Shown here one piece after another: positions 25,915 through 40,200 of a stretch of 64,000 nt of DNA. The notes under the pieces were generated by a model. It was not told where the DNA came from and searched no databases. It was given only the letters and a program-made list of their open reading frames with translations. The DNA comes from Eledone cirrhosa (taxonomy: Eukaryota): assembly GCA_964016885.1 (NCBI GenBank), contig OZ024747.1, positions 40,548,001-40,612,000 on the forward strand. Reading direction: 5' to 3'. Numbering within the stretch: the first letter of the stretch is position 1; every line of letters starts with the position of its first letter. The translations under genes and the position numbers were made by a program.

Positions 25915-28900
25915 ATATAATCCACAAAAATAGCTTCATAAAAGTTTGATGAAGAAACTAAATATCACTTAATATCTAAAACAATGGATTGTGTATTAGT
26001 TTGAATAAAATATAAAGGCAAATTATTTCAGATAAAAATTTAGATTAAAGTGAAAATTACTTTCATGATTTCCGGTTTATTTACAAAACATCTCATTGGT
26101 TCTTCAATCTTTCTTTGTAACTGCTGGACCCACATAATCCGACCAGCTGTTGGTGACATGTTGTAGGGAATCTCAGGCTCTGTTTTCTGTTTTTGGTAGA
26201 GTTTTCGAACTGTATCTAAATCCTTGCCAAAGTTCCTCAACAAAGTAAACATCCGTTCACTGAGGTCCAGCTTGTTGATCATTTCAAATTTAGTTACCAG
26301 TTGAAGAGCTCGCTGTGTCTGAACATTGAAATGTAACAATAGTTTTAATAAATCTGAGACAGATCAAATGAAATATTTAAATAAATCAAAAACATATAAT
26401 ACATTTCGTATTATGCATATATAAATGCATGCCCTGCTACATCTTCTTCTTGCTCAATGAGACTGGAGTCATCCTAGGTCAGTGATCCCAGAGGCATCAT
26501 TATGCATAGGGCCAACCAGGTCCACCATTGCCCCCTATCACTGGCGGCCCTGTGCCAACCCCTCTGCATTCTCCAAGGTGATGTCAAGCCTCTGGAGACC
26601 TTCCTTGATGACATCCAGCTATCTGGTGCAGGGCCTGCAATGGGACCTACCACAAGGTCTTGACTATAATTATTACATAATTCCAAACAAAGGAAAAAGA
26701 ATGAAATATAGATCTTAGAAAGTTATATTATATTACCTAAGGGCGGTGGATTGGCAGTATCGGTAGAGGGTCGGACGCCATGCTTTGCAGCACAGTTATG
26801 TCCCTTTACGGACTGAGTTCAAATCCCGCCGAGGTTAACTTTGCCTTTCATCCTTACGGGGTCGATAAAATAAAGTACCAGTAATACACTGGGATAATTG
26901 CTGGCCTTGTGCCAAAAAGTAGAAACAATTATATTACCTTCACAAAAATTTACATGTGACTATATGCACACATACACACAAACATCTCATACAGTGTCCA
27001 GATATATTACAGTGTCCAGGTATAAAAGACCAGAATCAAGAAAGGAAATGGAGAAAGTCTGATGTTCTAAAATAAAACATCCTCATTTCCTGTTCTACAA
27101 CAAATCATTTTCATCATTCTCTCTCTCTTACTTTCACACCTACACAATTTTCTGAAAAATCATTATATATTTTAATGTGTATATATAAATTCAAATATAT
27201 GCATAATATGTTTGTGCGAGGTTTTGTTAGTACTAACAGGAAGAAAGGACACCACCCAGCACAAATTCTTGTCTTTGTCTTCTTCTGAATACACATTTTT
27301 TTCATCAAAACAGACACAGGATCTAATACTTTCATTGATAGAATATAACTATAATGGTTTGTACATATATTAATTATCAAATTACTTAGTTTCTTTTTAT
27401 TTGCTTCATTTAGTATTATTGTTGTTTGTATGTTAGCTCATTCAAAGTTATTGAATTTAAAATTCTATGGGGAGGGGTTAAAAATAAAGTTAACTCCTGA
27501 TGATTGATTATAAAATAAAAGAACTACAGGGAAATTTTAATATTCAGCTTTACCTTTTAATCATCATCATCACCATTTTACGTCCATATCTCCATGCTTG
27601 CATGGGTCAGGCGTGTCATCCACGACGGGAGACAAGTCTGGCCAGGATTGGCCATGCTGTAACTTGCTCTGACACAACTGTAAATTTGCCCTGAGATTTT
27701 TACAGGTGAATGTCCTTCCTAACACCAACCACATTTACAGTGTGGGACTGAATGGCACCATTATGATGAGGGACAGGCCAGTTGGCCATACCAAACCCCT
27801 CTCCCAGCGGAACCACAGTTTGGAAGCCACAACCACTTTTACAGTGTCTAACTAATATATATATACTACAAATGTTTCATCATACAAATGTTTCATCATA
27901 CAAATGTATGATGGAAATTGGTGAGAGTTGTTCATTCATTTCAATTTTCTACAATCTTCTTTCTATGATGAATACATCTTTTGTTTGGTTTCATTATTTC
28001 AACCTTTGTGCAGTTTACAAAACACGTTTCTGCTATATTGTTATTAATTACATGCCAGTATAGAAAAGCATAAATTAAATGATGATGGTGACAATGATGA
28101 TAACATCTGCTAAACATGGACTGCAACTGCACAAAAGATGAAAAACTAGGTGTGGATAGGATCTTTATTTCTATGTTATCTATTGACCTCTTGTGTTCTA
28201 GTTTGTATTAAAGATAGAATGAAATCAAACATTATTTAATATAAAAAAATTATAATTGAAAAAGAAGTATATATAAAAAAATCATTTTTTAACTTACAGG
28301 AAATCTTTCAATCCAGCCATCAATCAGTACAAGTAACATCAAACATAGATATTCGATTTGAGTATTAAAATGTACATAGTCTTGATCAAACTGGAATGAA
28401 AGAAAAACAACAAAAGCAACATCAGATAGAAATTATGAAAACATTCTTAATCTAGTATTGAAACAAAGAAAACTTTGATTCACAATTAAAACAAAGGTGA
28501 AATAAGTAAAACTAGCTGTCAAGTTAAGCCAGACTTGAGAGGATCAACCACTAATAAGACTGTCTGAATCAGAAGTCCACATTGTAAAGTGGTCATATAG
28601 TTGTCACGGCAAAAATCACCCAGTCCACAAAGTTAAGTGGTCAAGTATAGAACTGATTTTGGCCTGGTTTCTACAGCTGGATGCCCTTCCTAACACCAAA
28701 CACATTTACATAGTGTACTGAGTGTAGTGGAGGCACATGGCTTTGCAATCGAAAGGTTGTGAGTTCAATTCTCAGACCGGGTGATGTGTTGTTTCCTTGA
28801 GCAAGACACTTTATTTCACATTGCTCCAGTTTACTCAGCTGTAGAAATGAGATGATAGGACTAGGGTCCATATCATTCCACTGCAAAGTGGTCGTGGAGG

Positions 28901-31900
28901 TGCCATGGCAAAAAAGCACCCAGCACTCACTGTAAATGAGGTTGGTGTTAGGAAGGGCATCCAGCTGTAGAAATCAAGCCAGAATCAGTTACCGTCCCAC
29001 CCTTGCAAGCAAGGAAAAAGCGGACGTAAAATGAAATGATGATGATGATGACTGGGTGCTTTTTGTTGTGACACCTACATGACCACTTTACAGCCTGGCC
29101 ACTTTACAAAGTCATCTGAGTAAGTAAAAATGATAGGGTGGAAGGAGTAGATATACTATTGGCAGAGAAATGGATAGTTAGAGTGGAAGGAGTAGATATA
29201 CTATTGGCAGAGAAATGGATAGTTAGAGTGGAAGGAGTAGATATACTATCGGCAGAGAAATGGATAGTTAGGGTTATTGAAGTAGCTGCAGTTTGCACTA
29301 GGATACTTAATCTCAGGATATTTATAAGCATCAGGACAGTCACATTCATTTGTACATATGCACCACAGTTAGGACTAACTGATGGATAGAAAGACCATAT
29401 TTATGAGCCCCTTCTGCAGACAATCTCAACACAGAATGATAGCAACCTTATGATCATGGTTAGAGATTTTAAAGCCCAATATTTTACCAATATTTAGGGG
29501 TGAAGAAATTGCAGAACTGGTAGAGTCTTGGATAAAATACAATTACAGTATTTGTTCTGGATTTTTACATTCTGAGTTAAAATCCCACCAATGTCAAATT
29601 TGCCTTCTCTTCTTTTAGTAGATCAATAAAATAAAGTACCAGTCAAGTACTGGGATTGATTTAATCAATAGTGCTGACCTTGTGCCTAAATTACAAATCA
29701 ATATTTTACAAATATTAACTTCAAACGTCACTGTATGGACATATTCGAATAGGCTACAGTGGTTTGGCCACATCTCCGGGATGAGCACTGAAAGACTACC
29801 ACACCAACTTTTATCATGACAGTGACTCATGCACTGGAGAATCCAATGCAGTGCATTGAAAAAAATATGGGTGAAACAAATCAAGGAGGACCTGAAATTG
29901 TAACACCTCAACCTCGACCATGCTAAGGTCAGCACCATGGATAGAAACGCATGGAAGCACATCATCATCAGGACAGCCTCACCCAATCACCAGCTAGGGA
30001 TAAAAGAAGAAGAATTCATTAAACATTTGGTTACCTCCAGATATCTATATCTATACATTGAGTACCTCTATATTTCTACATCTAAATCTATACCTATATC
30101 TATATTTATACATTTCGTTACCTCCATTTTTCTATATGGTTACCTCAATATACCTATTTCTATATATTTGGCTACCTCCATATTTCTATATCTATACTGT
30201 TCTGAGTTCAAATCCTGCCTCATTGCCTAACGATATATATATATATATATCTTGCAATCGAAAGGTTGTGAGTTCAATTCTCAGACCGGATGATGTGTTG
30301 TTTCCTTGAGCAAGACACTTTATTTCACATTGCTCCAGTTTACTCAGCTGTAGAAATGAGATGATAGGGACTGGGGTCCCTATCATTCCACTGCAAAGTG
30401 AACATGTAGGTGCCACAGCAAAAAAGCACCCAGCACTCACTGTAAATGAGGTTGGTGTTAGGAAGGGCATCCAGCTCTAGAAATCAAGCCAAAATCAGTT
30501 CCCGTCCCACCCTTGCAAGCAGGGAAAAGCGGACGTAAAATGAAATGATGATGATGATGATGATACATTTGCTTACTTCCATAAATCTGTAATCAAAAAT
30601 ATCATAATTCTTTTTCTTCATTGTTTCTATTATTGTATTGTTCTTCACCAATATTGACTCAATTCCATCGATTTTGATGTCTTTCAGACGATTAAAGATA
30701 TTCATTGTATCAATGGTATCATGGATCTTTTCAAGTCGCTTGCAAAATGCATCAAATTTCCAGAATATACAGTGTTCACTTAAAAGAAATAATATAGAAA
30801 ATATCAGGAACACAATTTCATATACACATGCAGAACATGCAATCATAACATATAACACGTGCATAGCATACATTATGACATTGGATTGGCAGTATCGGTA
30901 GAAAGTCGGACGCCATGCTTTGGCGCATGGAGTTGCGGCCCTTGCTGTTCTGAGTTCAAATCCCGCCGGGGTTAACTTTGCCTTTCATCCTTACGGGGGT
31001 CGATAAAATAAAGTACCAGTAATGTACTGGAGTAATTCCTAGCCTTGTGCCAATAGTAGAAACAATTATGACATAACATACGTACATGCAAATCATACAT
31101 TACATACATGCATATATGTATTACATACATACATAAATATACATACATACCATACATATATAACAGGCACACATACAAGCAAAGAATACATAACTAACAT
31201 ATAGACTGGATCCCAGTACTTGACTCATACTTTTTTTATCAACCTCGAATGGATGAAAGGCAAAGTTGACCTCGACAGTATTTGAACTCAGAGTATAGGG
31301 TGCCAAAACAAATACTGCAAAGTGTTTTATTTGAAATTCTAACAATTCTGCCAATTTGCCACCTAATTGTTGAATATAGTAAAAATGAAAGCGCTATCTA
31401 AGAAAGTATCAGAAAGTTTTACATACTAATACCATTTGGGAAATGATCTTGTAGAAATGAAGTTTGTAGAAACTTGATAAATACTGATTTCTGATTTAGG
31501 CACAAGGCCAGAACATTTGAGGGAAGGGAAGGTTGATTAAATCTGCCCAGTACTTGTCTGGTACAATATTCTATTGATTCCAAAAGGATGAAAAGCAAAG
31601 TTGACTTCAGTAGGATTTGAATGTAAAGAGCCAGAACAAATACTGCAATGGCATCTTAGATGACATTCTTCCAATTCCGTCAATCCACCCCCTTGAGAAA
31701 TTTGATAATGATTATTTCAGACATCCTAGATAAATTAAAATCTGCTAAACATTTGTAAGATATTTCAATATAAGTAGTGGGTTTTTTTCTTAGAACCAAA
31801 GAGAATTGAGGACGGGTTGGTATCAAAAGAGTTAATGAAGAGAGCAAAAAGAAGCTAAGTGGAAATAATTATCATTGAGGTAAAACATCCATAAGCTTGG

Positions 31901-34900
31901 CTGGTTTCACTTGGAGATCCAGGAAAATTAGTTGGAGACAGTTGCTTCTGACAGGACCCGCTGGAAGGAGTGTATGAGGACTCTGCCTCCATGACTCTCA
32001 CGGGAATAAATGGGCAAAGAAAAAGAAGAAAAAGAAGAAAAAAAGAAAAGAAAAGAAAAAGAAAGAAAAATAAAAGAAGAAAGAAAAGAAAGAAAAGAAA
32101 GAAAAGAAGAAAAAGAAGAAATAGAAAAAAGAAAAAGGAAAAAATAATAATTGTTTCTACTTTTGGCACAAGGCCAGCAATTACACCAGGGCATTACTGG
32201 TACTTTATTTTATCGACCCCGTAAGGATGAAAGGCAAAGTTAACCTCGGCGGGATTCGAACTCAGAAAGGCAAAGGCTGTAACTCTATGCGTCAAAGCAT
32301 AGCGTCCAACCCTCTACCGATACTGCCAATCCACTGCCCTAATAATAATAATAGTAATGCTTTCTTTATTAACCACAAGGGTTTACACTGAGTAAGACAT
32401 TAAGGACAATACAGGACAATATAGGAGGGTACAAATGGGCATTTCTGCATGTAAAAAAACAAAAAAACAAAGGATGTAACAAAAAAAGAAACAAATGAAA
32501 ATTCCTCAATAGGGGGACACTTCCAAGGGACATAGAAATTTTAACAAGCTATAAAGTAGGTGAACATGTTAAACAAACTAAACTTAGAAAATTGAAAAGA
32601 AAGTACAGTATAAAATCAACAAGTGACATAGACATGCTGATAGAAATAATCAAGCAAAAAGTGTCGGCCAAAGCTGCTCGTATAAGGTGCTTTGAAAAAC
32701 GATCTAGATTCTATAAGGACAATAATATGTTCAAAAACAACCAAAGAAACTTCTACAGAAAAATTGGTAAGTCAACAATAACTGCTAAATCAATACCACC
32801 CAAGGAGGAAGTGCAAGAATTCTGGGAAAAGATCTGGGCCAAAGAAAAAGTTCATAATATACATGCCCCATGGATAGACAGACAAATGAAAGATACAGCT
32901 CACCTTGAGGAACAAATATGGGAAAATATAACAGTTGAACAGTTGCGTTAGGTTCTAAGAAAAACCAGCAAATGAAAATCCCCAGGAAAAGACAAAATAC
33001 AAATTTTTTGGATAAATGCCTTCACAGAGTCTCATGAGCTGTTAGCCCAACTTTACAATGAAATAGTTAAGGAGCCAGAAAAGATACCATCATGGCTAGT
33101 TAACGGCATTACATTCCTGCTTTCGAAGAATGATGAGACAAACAATCCCAAAAATTACAGACCGATAACTTGCTTGACCACAATGTATAAAATTTTAACA
33201 TCAGTCCTAACTGAATATACATATGACCACCTGATAACAAATGACCTATTTCCCAATGAGCAGAAAGGGTGTAAACGAGGCTCATATGGCTGTAAGGATC
33301 AGCTTTTGGTTAACAAAATGATACTGGAAGATTGTCATAATACACAAAAATCTATCAATTGCTTGGATAGATTATAAAAAAGCATTCGATAGTTTGCCAC
33401 ACAGTTGGATTGAAAAATGTTTAGAGATTTTCAAAATATCTCCCGTTGTCAGGAGGTTTTTGTCATTCAGTATGAAGACATGGAAAACGACACTCCTTTT
33501 GAATAGTGAAACAAAATCACTGGAAGCTGGAGAAGTTAATATTAATTGTGGAATTTTTCAGGGTGACTCTTTATCACCGCTTTTATTCTGCATCGCACTT
33601 ATACCATTAAGTAAAATGCTCAATGAAACAAAACATGGATATAAAGTCTATGACAAAACCATTAATCACTTGTTCTACATGGATGACCTGAAACTATTTG
33701 CAAAAAATGATGAAGAATTGCAAGGGCTATTATCCACTGTGGAGCAGTTCAGTGATGACATTAAAATGGATTTTGGACTAGATAAATGCGCCAAAGCAAC
33801 GTTCACCAGAGGAAAGCTGCTGAAAAGTTCAGACATTAATCTTGATCGGGGGAATGTGATAAGAGAACTTGATCAAGAGGAAACTTACAAATATCTAGGT
33901 GTTTGTGAAGGAGACGGAATCAAGCACTCGACAATGAGGGAAAGGATAAGGAAGGAATGTTACCGCATAATAAGAGCAATCTTAAGAACGGAATTGAATG
34001 CAAGGAATAGGATCGATGCCATAAACACGCTTGCCATACCAGTAGTAACCTACAGTTACAATGTCATCAACTGGTCAATCACAGAGATCTGTAGGCTCGA
34101 TACAAAAATTCGAAAATTCTTAACCATGCACAGAATGCATTACCCTAAGGCAGATACAGATAGAATATATCTCCCTAGGAAAGAAGGAGGACGTGGGTTA
34201 ATCCAGTTAGACATTGCGTTGAAAACTGCAAGGGAATCACATGGTTGGATGATCAAACTCGTTTTGAAACACGAAAGCATCAAAAGGTCATACTCCATTA
34301 CAAAAGATGCACAAAGATACAGTAATGGACTACAAATTTCAGAAATCCCATTTACTGCTGAAATGGAAAACACAGAAAAAGCAAAGCAGGTAAAAGTAAC
34401 TGCAAAGAAAGAACTGTTACAGAAACTGGCTAAGAAATGGCAAGAAAAGCCTCTGTATGGAAAATACCCAGAACGAGCTAACAATCCCGATGTTGACAAA
34501 ACTTTAATCCATCAGTGGTTGGCATCCTCTGGACTGAAATCGGAGACTGAAGGACTGATTATATCAGCACAAGATCAGTGTCTGCCAACAAAAAATTACC
34601 AAGCCAACATAATAAAAAATGGATGAAACCCATTATGCCGTGTATGTAAAAAACAACCAGAGACCATTGACCATATAATTGCAATGTGCAGTCCTATAGT
34701 TCCAACCGAATACCTAAACAGACACGACATAGCTGCACAATACATACATTGGATAACGTGTAAGCATTTTGACCTGCCCCATCAAAAGAACTGGTGGGAG
34801 CATCAACCACCTCCCATACTTGAAAAAGATCACATCTCAATCTTGTGGAACTTTAGCATCCAAACAGACCGAAAAATAGATGCAAATAAACCTGATATAA

Positions 34901-35346
34901 TATTGAAGGACTTTAAAAAGAGGGTATGCCTGCTAATTGATATGTCCGTTCCAATAGACAAGAATGTATCTATAAAAAACATTTGAAAAATTGAGCAAGT
35001 ATAAGGACCTGGAGATAGAAATTGGAAAAATGTGGAAATTGAGAACTAAAACAATACCAGTGGTTGTAGGCGCTCTAGGAATGATACCTAAGGGGTCTAA
35101 TGATTACTTATCGCAAATCCCAGGAAACCCGCGTATAGGAGAAATACAAAAGATAGTACTAATGGGAACTGCCCATATACTAAGGAAGATTCTGTCAATA
35201 TAAGTACATCACAAGTCTAAACACCTAAAGATGCATGTGTGAGTATGTATGTTCTTTCTTGAACATGGCAGACCTTGTTGTCTCTTGAGGTCACTGGTTG
35301 TGACTTGGTGATAACTCGTATGAACATAAAGCAAGATAAATGCAGC

Positions 35347-35377
<31 letters not shown>

Positions 35378-37183
35378 GGGAAGAAAACGCACATGCTGGA
35401 TATATATCGTTATGGAATCGCTCCCGTAAGTTTTTGATTTTTACTTATTTAAAACAACTGTGATAGAATAATTCTTATTACAAATGAAGTATAAGATTAC
35501 ATTTTTTACGCTCAGCAAGCCATAACGCATCACTTTTCGGCATAGGGCCCCAATATTTAATATTTAATTTTGGATCAGAAATGTTATAGTCGAAAAAGAG
35601 GAAAATGGCAAAATGGCTAAATTACTAAGTGGACTGACAGACAAATAATTTCACCACCAACACCACCACCGCCACCATCACCACTACCACGCCAAAAACT
35701 CTAGTCAAGTTACCTCAACTTCTATTTCTACTTCAACTTCAACACCATCACTACAGTATTACGATCACATCACCACCACCACTGCCTCATTATCGCTACC
35801 GCCGCTATTCTCTCCCACTACCTCCTGCTAAGTACTACTAGCACAGCACCACCACCACCACCACCACTGCCTCATTATCACTACCGCCGCTATTCTCTCC
35901 CACTACCTCCTTCTAAGACATGCATCGTAGTGTCCCCACTAAAAGAGGAAGGCATCAAAAGATATAAATAGACTGATTTGATGACCTGGTCAAAAAATCA
36001 AAAACCCAAAATCAAAATCAAAACACCACGGCAACAACGAAAAACGTAAAGAAAAGAAAAATGAAAAGAAAAACAAACAGACAGAGAAGGAAAAAAAAAC
36101 GAAAAAAAACTAAGTCAGGCATTCAAACATTACATTACAATGAAACTTATGCTTCTTCTTTTTTTTTTTTTTTTACCTATTTGTTTGTTTGTTTATTTAT
36201 GTTCGTCTACAGCGTGATAGTGCCACACTAAAATCACCGGGGGTGATGAAATCACCGGTGGTTATGTAACCATACATTCACCAATCCTCGATAAGAGTAT
36301 TTAATTATAGAACCTAAACAGTTCGAATAATTGTGAAGTGGAAACTGGAATGTCATGTGACAGACTCTCACTCCAAAAAGGAGAAAGAGCAGCCTTCATG
36401 AAAAATCCCTTCATAGTACCTTCTTTGAGAAAACTGAATTCAGAGACCCACCGACATGGAACTGGTTGAAAAGAGGAGACCTTAAAAAGGCTACAGAAGG
36501 AATGCTAATGGCTGCACAAGAGCAGGCCCTCAAAACGAAGTGGTTGAAGCACCATATTTACAAGGAGGCGGCTAGCCCACTGTGCAGGATCTGTGGAGAG
36601 AGAGAGGAGACTGTGGCTCACATTGTATCCGAGTGTAAACACCTAGCCCAGACTCACTATAAGGGCTGGAGACATGATGTGATGGGAAGGGTGATCCACT
36701 GGCCCCTATGCAAAGTAAACAATTTACCACATTCTGAGAAGTGGTATGAGCATAAGTTTCTATGACAAGAAACTGGAACACAATAGGCCTGACCTGGTGG
36801 TTTGGGACAAGGAAAAAAGATCGTGCCTGATTGTGGATGTGGCCTGCTCATTCGACACGAGAGTGCAAGAGAAGGAGAGGGAGAAAATTAACCGATACCA
36901 GGACTTAAAGTAGGAGGTAAAAAGGATTTGGAACTGCCATGAAGTCAAAGTGGCCCCGATTGTCATAGGCACACTAGGGATTATCTCAAAAAGTTTCCAG
37001 GGATGGTTAAAGAAATTTGGCCACGCCACGCTTTTAGGAACGCTTCAAAAGGCATGCTTGCTGGGAACAGCAAGAACCCTCCGATACGTCCTGAATATCT
37101 GAGGCTGCAGGTAGTGGCTTGATATTCATTTCAACAAACTTTCCAGTTAACTAACATCAATGACTGAGACTAAAAGAATAATG

Positions 37184-37250
<67 letters not shown>

Positions 37251-40200
37251 TAATAATTAGGGAAGAAGACGCATGAGGTGGTAGAAGGTCATGAAATCGC
37301 TCCCGTAAGTTTTGAATTTTTAACATATTTAAATCATTTGTGAAATAACAACTCTTAGTACAAATGTTACGTAAAGCATCCGGCTTGAGCCCCCAAAAAA
37401 TTCGGACCCCAAATATATTGTTATAAGGCTCAAATATTCAAATATTCAACTTTGTATTGTACATTGTATATTCAAAAAAGAAAATGGCTATAAATGGAAG
37501 AAGAAGACCCCCCCCCTCCCCTGTCTACACTATATAGAACAGCCAAACAACACCAATCTCACCAACACCAGAAACTAGATACACCACCTACCCCATCACC
37601 TCTCTGTGTACACTAAACAGCCAGATAACGGCAACTTCACCACCACCACAACCAATCTCAACATAATAATGATAATAATAAATACTATTATTATTGTCCC
37701 AAGTTTTAACAAAATGTTTAATTCCAACATTAAGGGAATTTATGTCAACACATGTACGCGACTAACCCCATAGATTCACCGAACGGACATCAGTGACGAC
37801 AACGCCGCCCATCCATCATTACTACCACTATCCCATCACCGCCGCCACCACTCCTTCATTGCTACCACCGCTACAACACCATCACTACAGTAATACGATC
37901 ACATCACCACCACCACTGCCATCATTACTACCACTATCCCATCACCGCCGCCACCACTCCTTCATTGCTACCACCGCTACAACACCATCACTACAGTAAT
38001 ACGATCACATCACCACCACCACTGCCTCAGTATCGACATCACCACCACCATTGTCTCAGTATCGCTACCGCCGCTATTCTCTCCCATTGCTTCCTGCTAG
38101 TTGCTGCTAGCACAGCACTGCCACCACATTACAGAATTCCTACTAAAAAAGAGGAAGGCATCAAAATATATAGATAGACTCAAAAGAAAAAACAAAAATC
38201 AAAACCAAAGCAGCACAGCAACAACAACAAAAAAAAAAAGAAAAACAAACAGAGAAAAACAAAAACAAAAAAAAAACGTAAAGAAAATAAGAATGAAGAG
38301 AGAAACAAGCGGACGGACAGAGAAGAGAAGGGAAAAACTAAGTCAGACATTCGAACACTACATTACAATGAAACTTATGCTTATTCTTTTTTGGGGGTTT
38401 TTCTGCCTGTTTGTTTGTTTGTTTATTTGTGTTCGTCTACAGCGTGGTGATAATGCCACACAAGAGCCAAGTGGAGCGACGCAACCACCGGAGACGGTGA
38501 ATCCACAGATGGTTATGTAACCATACATTCGCCAATCCTCGATAAGAGTGTTTAAATATCGAACCTAAACAGTTCGAATAACGGTGAAATGGAGACTAGA
38601 ACGTCATGTGACAGACTCTCACCCAACAGGTGCTCCCTGGCTCAGCAGCAGGAACCTGGCTGTCAACCAAATACTGCTGGTGTCGGAGGAAGAAGAAGAA
38701 GGAAAGGGACCAGAACCAACTGGACGAAAGAATTGAATAGAACTGTTATGCAATGTTACCTGAAAAGTAACCCCAAGGAGAGGGCTATAGGAAATGGATG
38801 CATAACATCTGGAACGAGATTGGTCTATTTAAATTAGATGAACAAAAATTGGCCGGGCAGGCTCGGGTAATAAGAACTAAGGGGGTGGATAAGCGAGCTG
38901 GAACTGGAGGAACTGAGCAGAGAGATTAGCTTGGAGATGGAGGGTGGAGTATGCCAGGCAAACGAGCCAGTGGAAAATGAAGGTGAAGAGGTCGAGAGAA
39001 CGGAGGAACTACCCGAAGCAGACAATGATCTGAATAGTGAGATAAATAATACCTGGAACAGAGATACGGCCACTGAGAAGATGAATGCTGACAGGCTAGG
39101 ACAAGATTCGGTTGACATCCTAAATTTAGTGGTAGATGAATTGAACAATGAGAGTGGGAGACCTATGAACCTAAGATTTGTAGACAGGAAAAAGTTAAAA
39201 GAAACAACAGCTAAGGTAAACAAAGTCATCCCATACCTTGAGGCGAGGAGCCTTCACCAGTGCAACAATATCCTCAAAGCAACAGCAAATACGGTGAGGA
39301 AACTACTTGGTATAAAAGCGAGAGGAAACAACAGACAAGAAAGAGCAGAGCCTTGGTGGAAGAAACGACTGAGTGGTCAAATCAGGGAAATGAGAAATGA
39401 CATTGGAAAGCTTGAGTCACTACTGAATGGGACACTAAAAAACATAGGCACTAAAAATAGACTGGAAATAAAGTACAAAACTAGGAGGAAAAAGCTAAAT
39501 ATTATCATAGAGGAACTGAAGCAACGCATTGTAGCAAAGAGTGCAAAAATCAGGCGATACGAGAACAGAGTCAGTCAGTATAAACAGAACTGCATGTTCG
39601 ACAACAACCAGAAGATGCTGTTTGGACAGCTTGAGGGGAAAGAAAGAGGCAACGACTTGATCCCTGAGGCGGAACAAACTAAAAAATTCTGGAGAGGAAT
39701 ATGGGAGCAGGATGTTAGACATAATGACCAGGCAGGGTGGATTGAGACAGTACAGAGGGAGATCGGTGAGCAGGCACACCAGCAAACTGATTTGAGTATC
39801 ACAGTTGAAACTCTTAAGGGGCAGGCCAAAAAACTAACCAACTGGAAATCACCAGGCCCAGATGGTGTGCAGGGGTATTGGATTAAAAATATAACATCCC
39901 TCCACCCGAAACTGACAACCATGTTCAATGACTGCTTGATGTCAGGTGAGGTACCAGAGTGGTTGACAAAAGGTACCACAGTTCTGATAATGAAAGACCG
40001 AATCAAGGGTAATGATGTTACCAACTATAGACCTATCACATGTCTGTCCGTAATGTGGAAACTGTTGACGAGCATTATGTCTGAGGAAATCTACCATCAC
40101 CTCCACACAAACAACTTGTTACCGGACGAACAGAAAGGATGCCGAAAGAAGTCACGTAGTACAAAGGACCAGTTACTTATTGATAAGATGGTAATGGGGA

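Noticed and set aside
26741-26830. tRNA gene
   Set aside because: The A/B boxes belong to SINE heads; no cloverleaf.
36370-36395. 2.6-kb deletion in the family-C copy as a splicing product
   Set aside because: The acceptor has no pyrimidine tract; caagg microhomology explains the deletion.
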